Virus record (IMG/VR): IMGVR_UViG_3300027749_002876
Location: 124,001-188,000 of that record
Strand: one strand, 5' to 3'
Length of the DNA stretch: 64,000 nt
Shown here one piece after another: positions 1 through 5,256 of the stretch (the stretch's first letter is position 1; each line of letters begins with the position of its first letter). The notes beneath the pieces were generated by a model, which saw nothing but the letters and a program-made list of their open reading frames with translations, had not been told where the DNA came from and did not search any database. The position numbers and the translations under genes were made by a program.

Positions 1-19
1 ATATAAAATATAAATGTTT

Positions 20-289
20 TTACGGAGCATCTAGTATTTGAGTACTAACAATATTACAATTATATTGAGTTGCTTTCTGCATAATAAAATCAATATATTC
101 TTGTGCAGCCGATTGATCTATCCAATATCTATCACAGGTAACATCATCAACCATTATTCCAATTCCGTCTGTTTTGTTTGCCGCAGTCATTTCTTGAATT
201 TTAATTTCTCTATCACTATCAAGTGCCTCATGTCCTGCCCAATCTGCAACCGTTAGCCATTTAATTTTAGTAATTTTAGTTAGTGCCAT
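20..289 (-). CDS. hypothetical protein (89 aa)
   Basis: ORF with upstream AGGAG SD and ATAAATA motif; no recognisable family. Confidence 0.7.
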   Translation of the reverse strand: MALTKITKIKWLTVADWAGHEALDSDREIKIQEMTAANKTDGIGIMVDDVTCDRYWIDQSAAQEYIDFIMQKATQYNCNIVSTQILDAP

Positions 290-352
290 TTATGTTCTCC
301 TGTATACTCTATTTATCTAAAAATAACATTAATTATTACAAATGTACTTATT

Positions 353-428
353 TGGTGCCAACAGCTGGACTTGAACCAGCAACACAAGAATTTTCAATCC
401 TCTGCTCTACCATTGGAGCTATGTCGGC
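353..428 (-). tRNA. tRNA-Phe(GAA)
   Basis: Cloverleaf GCCGACA...TGTTGGC-A-CCA, anticodon loop TTGAAAA, T-loop TTCAAGT. Confidence 0.95.
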
Positions 429-433
429 TTGTT

Positions 434-508
434 TGGTGGATGATAGTGGGGTCGAACCACTGACCTCTTTCTTGTCACGAAAGTATTCTACCGCTGAAAT
501 AATCATCC
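434..508 (-). tRNA. tRNA-Val(GAC)
   Basis: GGATGAT/ATCATCC acceptor, CTTTC-GTGACAA-GAAAG anticodon arm (unusual G32), encoded CCA. Confidence 0.9.
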
Positions 509-584
509 TGGTGCTCCTAGATGGATTCGAACCATCGACTTCTCCATACCAAAGAGATATTTTACCATTGCAAACTATGGGAGC
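509..584 (-). tRNA. tRNA-Thr(GGT)
   Basis: GCTCCCA/TAGGAGC acceptor (one mismatch), loop TTGGTAT, encoded CCA directly abutting tRNA-Val. Confidence 0.9.
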
Positions 585-590
585 ATATAA

Positions 591-742
591 AAGTGGGAGC
601 CTAGCTATCTTATTGTTAATAAACCTCACTAGATTGTCTCGTATAGGCAAGTTTATACACCCATCAATCATACTATAGTGTCATCACAGTTAACCCCACC
701 GTGACTAGATTGACAGGGACTCAAACCTATCGTCTATCCCTA
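591..742 (-). ncRNA. candidate structured RNA between tRNA-Gln and tRNA-Thr
   Basis: ~150-nt spacer with several G-U-containing hairpins on the minus strand (GATAGG/CCTGTC, CACGGT/ACTGTG, GTATA/TATAC, GGTGGGG/TCCCACT). Confidence 0.4.
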
Positions 743-745
743 AAC

Positions 746-819
746 TGGCACCCGGGGTAGGAATCGAACCTACAATAGCAGAGTCAAAGTCTGTTGTGTT
801 ACCACTACACTACCCGGGA
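746..819 (-). tRNA. tRNA-Gln(TTG)
   Basis: Loop CTTTGAC, U1 start, T-loop TTCGATT, CCA. Confidence 0.93.
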
Positions 820-826
820 ATAAATT

Positions 827-903
827 TGGTAGCCTCACCCTGACTCGAACAGGGGACCTTCCGCTTATCAAGCGGATGCTCTAACCAACTGAGCTATGAG
901 GCT
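827..903 (-). tRNA. tRNA-Ile(GAT)
   Basis: TCCGC-TTGATAA-GCGGA arm, canonical D and T arms, CCA. Confidence 0.95.
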
Positions 904-911
904 AAACTGTT

Positions 912-986
912 TGGTGGATGTAAGTAGATTTGAACTACTGACCTATTCCGTATGAAGGAATTGCACTACCGCTGTGCTATACATCC
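912..986 (-). tRNA. tRNA with CAT anticodon (elongator Met or Ile2)
   Basis: ATTCC-TTCATAC-GGAAT arm; G1-C72 paired, so not initiator-type. Confidence 0.88.
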
Positions 987-988
987 AT

Positions 989-1064
989 TGGGGTGAAGGA
1001 CGAGACTTGAACTCGCAACAACTGGAATCACAATCCAGGGCTCTACCATTGAGCTACCGACACC
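989..1064 (-). tRNA. tRNA-His(GTG)
   Basis: CTGGA-TTGTGAT-TCCAG arm, G-1 and C73; two acceptor-stem mismatches. Confidence 0.9.
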
Positions 1065-1070
1065 ATATGT

Positions 1071-1157
1071 TGGAGGAAGATAACAGAATCGAACTGTCAC
1101 CGTGTAAACAGTGGGACGGTTTTCAAGACCGTGTCCGCGCCATGCAGCCTATCTTCC
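1071..1157 (-). tRNA. tRNA-Ser(TGA), probable 8/4 cloverleaf
   Basis: ACGGT-CTTGAAA-ACCGT arm, long variable arm, GGAAGATA/TATCTTCC 8-bp acceptor plus 4-bp T-stem. Confidence 0.88.
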
Positions 1158-1159
1158 TA

Positions 1160-1345
1160 TTATGCTTTTTTATCTACTTGATGATTACTATGTGTAGGTT
1201 CTAATTTACCTACTTTATCATATAGATACTGTACAACTTCTAAGTATTGTTTATTAGTTGCAGGATCTTGTAATGTTTTATAAACTGTTGTACGATATTG
1301 ATGATTGGTAATATCGTTTACCGCTGATATAGTTTGAATTATCAT
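1160..1345 (-). CDS. hypothetical protein (61 aa; start moved to MIIQT)
   Basis: ORF just downstream of the ATAAATA motif. Confidence 0.6.
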   Translation of the reverse strand: MIIQTISAVNDITNHQYRTTVYKTLQDPATNKQYLEVVQYLYDKVGKLEPTHSNHQVDKKA

Positions 1346-1352
1346 AATGTAT

Positions 1353-1370
1353 GTATTTATTAATAAATAC
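1353..1370. promoter_or_regulatory. palindromic back-to-back late-promoter motifs GTATTTATTAATAAATAC
   Basis: Perfect 18-bp palindrome giving ATAAATA on both strands between two divergent ORFs; resembles T4 late TATAAATA. Confidence 0.6.
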
Positions 1371-1373
1371 AGT

Positions 1374-1925
1374 ATGATACTCACAACAACTCCAATTAAG
1401 CAACATACTCAGTTAGTACATTTAGATATGCCATACACATATGAAGAAGTTTTAAATGAGCTAAACACATATGAGTTTAATGAAATTCATCCTTATCGTT
1501 ATAATTCTGCAATAACCACCAAAATTCTTAGTGAAATAAGACAACTAATAGTTGACTACTCTTTTATAGATAAATTTTATGAAATAAAAGATTTTCAAAA
1601 GTTGTGGAATAATGTATCTAAGGAAGAACTTAAAAAAAAATGTAAGTTCGATTGTTCTTTACATCTTGATAAACCTAAATTTTCTCTTACACCCCACCTT
1701 GATAGTAGACAAATTGTAATAGTTGGGATGATTTTCTTGAACCCAGTGAATGATATTAAACAAAACTCTGTACTATATGATACAGAAAATATGCTGAATC
1801 CACAATATGTACCTTCATCATTTGGAGAAGGATGGGTTATGGCTAATGCACATAACACATGGCACTCAGGTGGAAACTCATCTGACTATGATAGATATAG
1901 TATATTGTTCACCTATACCATATAG
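1374..1925 (+). CDS. 2OG-Fe(II) oxygenase-like protein
   Basis: HxD (PHLD)...H (TWHSG)...RYS motif pattern. Confidence 0.7.
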   Translation: MILTTTPIKQHTQLVHLDMPYTYEEVLNELNTYEFNEIHPYRYNSAITTKILSEIRQLIVDYSFIDKFYEIKDFQKLWNNVSKEELKKKCKFDCSLHLDKPKFSLTPHLDSRQIVIVGMIFLNPVNDIKQNSVLYDTENMLNPQYVPSSFGEGWVMANAHNTWHSGGNSSDYDRYSILFTYTI

Positions 1926-1945
1926 ATATTTATACTATCATGATT

Positions 1946-2022
1946 ACAATGTAAATTGGATTTGAACCAACATTTCCAGGACAAGACGCCGGGTTTCCTA
2001 GCTATTTAGAAGATTACATTGT
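1946..2022 (-). pseudogene. degenerate tRNA-like element
   Basis: 9-bp closing stem ACAATGTAA/TTACATTGT, intact T arm GTTGG-TTCAAAT-CCAAT, D-like arm, irregular anticodon arm, no CCA. Confidence 0.55.
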
Positions 2023-2110
2023 TACCATATAGAAACACACTGGCTTGCAAGACTCCTACTAACCTTTCGATAGATGTCGCAGTTAGTATTCAATGTGTTT
2101 TTATATGGTA
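2023..2110 (-). other. long stem-loop pairing with the 3' ACCA end of tRNA-Lys(TTT)
   Basis: TACCATATAAAAACACATTG...CAGTGTGTTTCTATATGGTA, ~20 bp. Confidence 0.6.
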
Positions 2111-2179
2111 GGGGTGTTCGGGAACGATCCGAATTTTACCGGTTAAAAGCCGGTTACTTCACCTTAAAGTTTCACCCCC
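2106..2179 (-). tRNA. tRNA-Lys(TTT), non-canonical A8/U14 and A54/U58
   Basis: ACCGG-CTTTTAA-CCGGT arm, T-loop ATCGTTC, CCA. Confidence 0.88.
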
Positions 2180-2182
2180 ATA

Positions 2183-2256
2183 TGGTCCCACACCACGGTA
2201 ACGATCCGTGTTTTACCGGTTAAGAGCCGGTTACATCACCTTAATGTTTGTGAGGG
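2183..2256 (-). tRNA. tRNA-Lys(CTT), non-canonical A8/U14 and A54/U58
   Basis: ACCGG-CTCTTAA-CCGGT arm, T-loop ATCGTTA, CCA. Confidence 0.88.
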
Positions 2257-2319
2257 ATGGATTCGTAAATATTTTCTTTTACGTGCCATCCAGGACCATA
2301 CGGGGGTCTAAGATGACAC
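2255..2319 (-). promoter_or_regulatory. putative two-state RNA switch between the MKRSGKR leader and tRNA-Lys(CTT)
   Basis: GTGTCATC/GATGGCAC stem excludes the GGATGG/CCATCC stem that pairs with tRNA nt -4..+2. Confidence 0.6.
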
Positions 2320-2342
2320 TATCGTTTACCTGAACGTTTCAT
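2319..2342 (-). CDS. leader peptide MKRSGKR
   Basis: AAGGAGA SD 5 nt upstream of ATG AAA CGT TCA GGT AAA CGA TAG. Confidence 0.65.
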   Translation of the reverse strand: MKRSGKR

Positions 2343-2363
2343 GTCGTTCTCCTTTTAAAAATT

Positions 2364-2442
2364 TGGTACCCTGCCCCGGAGTCGAACCGAGAAAACTCTT
2401 CCTTTTGAGAGAAGCGACTTTGCCAAATTTGTCTAGCAGGGC
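2364..2442 (-). tRNA. tRNA-Leu(CAA) with short variable region
   Basis: CTTCT-CTCAAAA-GGAAG arm, A73, only 6-nt variable region. Confidence 0.87.
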
Positions 2443-2449
2443 ATATGTT

Positions 2450-2526
2450 TGGTGCGACCGGAGAGATTCGAACTCCCGACTCCTAAGTTCGTAGCCTAGT
2501 ACTCTATCCAACTGAGTTACGGTCGC
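2450..2526 (-). tRNA. tRNA-Arg(ACG)
   Basis: GCGACCG/CGGTCGC acceptor, loop CTACGAA, A20, CCA. Confidence 0.95.
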
Positions 2527-2601
2527 ATTCTATAACACACTGAATGCCTTTTCCTTGCGTCAGGGGTAAGGGGCAGTGTTCGTCAATGTATTATAGAATG
2601 C
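2525..2601 (-). other. long stem-loop abutting the 5' end of tRNA-Arg
   Basis: GCATTCTATAATACATTGA...TCAGTGTGTTATAGAATGC, 19 bp, with G-U pairs only on the minus strand. Confidence 0.6.
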
Positions 2602-2721
2602 CGTGTATTGCTACACAACATGATAGGGTTGATACCCTATCCAGTAGTCTTACTAACATGTTGTCTCCATGTTTTCATGTATACTGTCCGCCCATTCTAT
2701 ACATTTTGCGCTGTATTACGG
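2601..2721 (-). ncRNA. candidate multi-branched structured RNA in the tRNA operon leader
   Basis: ACAACATG/CATGTTGT closing a 3-way junction with TTAGTA/TACTGG and ATAGGGT/ACCCTAT; ATGTATA/TATACAT; CCGT/ACGG ends. Confidence 0.45.
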
Positions 2722-2747
2722 CTCTCGTTGCCTATTCACGCTGTCTA

Positions 2748-2894
2748 TCAGTTTACCTTATACAGGATCTGATAGACCTTTGCACGTTGTAACTTGTTAG
2801 CTATCAACTGTGCTAGTTGTTCCTTTGTCAAAACATGATTGCTAAACCAATCACGCTTTGTTTCAGAAGTTTTGTATTGTATCTCTTTATCCAT
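2748..2894 (-). CDS. possible small protein MDKEIQYKTSETKRDWFSNHVLTKEQLAQLIANKLQRAKVYQILYKVN (48 aa)
   Basis: Open frame just after the terminator; its start lies within the spacer of promoter P2, so it is uncertain. Confidence 0.3.
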   Translation of the reverse strand: MDKEIQYKTSETKRDWFSNHVLTKEQLAQLIANKLQRAKVYQILYKVN

Positions 2895-2904
2895 TTATTG
2901 TCAA
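2876..2904 (-). promoter_or_regulatory. sigma70-type promoter P2 (TTGACA-17-TACAAT)
   Basis: Consensus -35, 17-nt spacer, near-consensus -10, facing the tRNA cluster. Confidence 0.7.
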
Positions 2905-2917
2905 ATCCTCTCTGTAC

Positions 2918-2952
2918 AAAACAAAAAACCTGAGAGTCTTGCGATTCCCAGG
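2918..2952 (-). terminator. intrinsic terminator (attenuator) upstream of the tRNA cluster
   Basis: CCTGGGAATC-GCAA-GACTCTCAGG followed by TTTTTTGTTTT. Confidence 0.8.
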
Positions 2953-3000
2953 GTCTTGATAAATTTAGTTATAATGTTAACTTGTTACCTAGTCCCCGGG
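2947..3000 (-). promoter_or_regulatory. antiterminator hairpin overlapping the leader stop codon and the terminator 5' arm
   Basis: CCCGGGG/CCCTGGG, CT/AG, GGTAA/TTATC, AGTTA/TAACT stacked stems. Confidence 0.7.
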
Positions 3001-3122
3001 CTTCTCTCTTGGTTATCATTTGAGCCGCGAATACTTGTTGGATATGCTGGTACAAAGGATACACTGGCTATCGTTAGCCACTGTCCGGTATGTTTCAGCA
3101 TGTTACAAGTTTTATTCATCAT
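2985..3122 (-). CDS. leader peptide MMNKTCNMLKHTGQWLTIASVSFVPAYPTSIRGSNDNQERSPGTR (45 aa, all 20 amino acids)
   Basis: Translated by hand; 36 distinct codons; ends in the antiterminator stem; CTAAATA late-like motif 7 nt upstream. Confidence 0.7.
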   Translation of the reverse strand: MMNKTCNMLKHTGQWLTIASVSFVPAYPTSIRGSNDNQERSPGTR

Positions 3123-3197
3123 AGTCTTTTATTTAGTCCTGGTTGTAAATTAGTGTAATTAACATATGTTTTTACACCTTTTTTCAATTCATGCTGA

Positions 3198-3226
3198 AGT
3201 ATAGCATAGATTGGAATTAATGTCAA
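3198..3226 (-). promoter_or_regulatory. sigma70-type promoter P1 (TTGACA-17-TATACT, extended -10 TG)
   Basis: Near-perfect consensus in an intergenic region upstream of the leader peptide. Confidence 0.8.
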
Positions 3227-3248
3227 CTTCTTTTTTAGGCGGTTTACC

Positions 3249-4181
3249 CTAAACGTTTAGACCTAAACGTTTAGAGATGTGTCTTTGCACCCTGGCATCA
3301 GTGTTTTTATAGAAAGAAATCAATTCTTGTATTGGTATTATGATATGATGTTTGTCATATCTAACTTTATTAAGCAATGAATCGTTTTCTATCCAATCTA
3401 TTTTTTCAAATCCTGTCAATTTTGGAAAGTATAATAATTCATCTCTCCAATACTTAGCCAAGAAGAAAGGTTTAACATAATACTCGTATCTTAGCACGTG
3501 GGGTATTTTTTTATGTTCTTGATTAGCTGCCTTTTCCATAATCAACCCGTTATCTTCAAAATATTCCCAACTGTGCAGGAACTGTTCAACTAGAGGATCT
3601 GATATGCAACTAAGCCACAACTCACTGGTGTCACCAAATATTACAATTTTACCTGATCGGTTTTCTATAGCAGTCAATGCTCTATGTCTGGATACGTCAG
3701 GATCAAACCAACCATAATAAACATAATGTAATTTTTTTCTAAGCAACAACCATGGGGTTGACATACATTGCACTATATCATAATCATTTGGTAATTCTTT
3801 AACAAATAAATGTTGTAATGCGTGGTTAGGATGAACATCTGTTTGTTGCGCTATGTGTTCTATTTCTTCTCTTCGGGTATTTGGATTAATGTTGATTACG
3901 TTAGTCTTAAAACCATACTTTTTTTCTAAAAGTTTTACATTTTCGTATTCAGTTTCATTATAGCCGTCGACTCGTAGAAATGAGCATTCTACTGGAATGT
4001 CTTGAGTCTTTAGACTATGAAGTACTAATTGACTATCTAATCCACTACTTAAACAAAGCATCAATTTATCAGACGCAATTTCTCTAGCACGCCTGTCAAA
4101 TTCTTCTCTATAGTTACCAATTTTTCTATTACTACTAGTGATATCTATATAGAACTTATAATCGTCAAATCCATATATCAT
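3249..4181 (-). CDS. PP-loop (adenine nucleotide alpha-hydrolase-like) protein
   Basis: LCLSSGLDS motif near the N-terminus; C-terminal KLTGFE shared with paralogs. Confidence 0.7.
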   Translation of the reverse strand: MIYGFDDYKFYIDITSSNRKIGNYREEFDRRAREIASDKLMLCLSSGLDSQLVLHSLKTQDIPVECSFLRVDGYNETEYENVKLLEKKYGFKTNVININPNTRREEIEHIAQQTDVHPNHALQHLFVKELPNDYDIVQCMSTPWLLLRKKLHYVYYGWFDPDVSRHRALTAIENRSGKIVIFGDTSELWLSCISDPLVEQFLHSWEYFEDNGLIMEKAANQEHKKIPHVLRYEYYVKPFFLAKYWRDELLYFPKLTGFEKIDWIENDSLLNKVRYDKHHIIIPIQELISFYKNTDARVQRHISKRLGLNV

Positions 4182-4182
4182 A

Positions 4183-4920
4183 TCAAATTAAATTAAAGTG
4201 TTCGGTAATACCTGCTTTTTGAGCCCATTCTTTAGTAAACATTCCGTCTACTCTAAGACTCCATGCAGTGTATTGGGGATGACCGATACTAGAGTGAATG
4301 TTGTTCGTATTAAACACGCAGGCTTTAGCATTAGAGTAATGCACTTCATTTGTATCAGGATCTAACAATCTTAGTTGTTTTGGAATTTTACCAGTTAACC
4401 AAATAAAAGGATCGTTTTTTTTTACCGTACTATCTGCAGGATAGTCTCTGTGATATGCGGTAGTTTGTCCAGGTTCGTTTATCCAAAAAATTACTCTACC
4501 ATATGTGCTGAAACAATTTTGTGAATCTATCCAATCAAATAAAAATTTAAATTGGTCATCAAAAGAAAAAAGTGATGTAAATTCTCTTAGGTGTTTTGCC
4601 GAATATGTTGCCGGGTATCCTATATTTCCCCTTAGTACAAAATTAGTACCCAATGTAGCAGTGCCCAATAATTTGGCATAAATCCCTGCTTCTTTAAGTG
4701 TCATCTTATCGTGTAAGGAAGATTTTAATATTTGATCACGTTTTGCATAAACTGATACAGTGTTTTGGTCAAATAATGTATTTTGCGAGGTACCGGATGG
4801 AGAAAAATGTTGATGGTTTTTTGATAATGTATAACATATTTTATCGTTTATAGCATCAAATGACGCCATATCCAAATAACTTTCTAAGTTATAGAATATC
4901 TGATTGTTGATTAATTTCAT
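4183..4920 (-). CDS. 2OG-Fe(II)/cupin-fold oxygenase-like protein
   Basis: YHRD...FNTNNIHS...SLRVDG motifs. Confidence 0.6.
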   Translation of the reverse strand: MKLINNQIFYNLESYLDMASFDAINDKICYTLSKNHQHFSPSGTSQNTLFDQNTVSVYAKRDQILKSSLHDKMTLKEAGIYAKLLGTATLGTNFVLRGNIGYPATYSAKHLREFTSLFSFDDQFKFLFDWIDSQNCFSTYGRVIFWINEPGQTTAYHRDYPADSTVKKNDPFIWLTGKIPKQLRLLDPDTNEVHYSNAKACVFNTNNIHSSIGHPQYTAWSLRVDGMFTKEWAQKAGITEHFNLI

Positions 4921-4934
4921 TTACTATTATTTAC

Positions 4935-5231
4935 TTAAACTTGTTCTTGCCAGAAAAAAAGTATATCATGCTTGGAATTGTATTGTGCTCTAGCACGCCA
5001 ATTTGGTACTAAGACAGGGTCATCTCTAAATGGTTCCCAATCAGCTTTGCTTGTCCATGTAGCATTGATTGTTTGAACATATTTATCCTCGCTAATAGTG
5101 GTTAAATATTCCTCAATTGCCCCGGTATTTTTATAGGTTGTGTTAATGTGTTCCTGTATTTCTTCGGGAAACTGCCAAAAAGGTATTGTTTTATCTGACC
5201 TAAAAGATGTTATTGTATATTTAAAACTCAT
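4935..5231 (-). CDS. hypothetical protein
   Basis: AGGAG SD; 98-aa ORF. Confidence 0.7.
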   Translation of the reverse strand: MSFKYTITSFRSDKTIPFWQFPEEIQEHINTTYKNTGAIEEYLTTISEDKYVQTINATWTSKADWEPFRDDPVLVPNWRARAQYNSKHDILFFWQEQV

Positions 5232-5256
5232 ACTTATGTGCTCCTATCTGTATTTA

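Noticed and set aside
1071-1157. tRNA-Sec (starts GGAAGAT like selC)
   Set aside because: The anticodon is UGA (Ser), not UCA; the acceptor branch is 12 bp, not 13.
283-1204. ORFs 283..678, 348..671 and 974..1204
   Set aside because: They overlap clear tRNA genes and are shadow frames.
2240-2342. TAG read-through or genome-wide recoding extending MKRSGKR
   Set aside because: The extension would run into tRNA-Lys; TAG terminates ordinary genes here (e.g. at 3249), ORFs are intact in the standard code, and no suppressor tRNA is seen in this window.
2326-3153. ORFs 2326..2511, 2544..2792 and 2839..3153
   Set aside because: They overlap tRNAs or are antisense to the structured leader and attenuator; no protein-family features.
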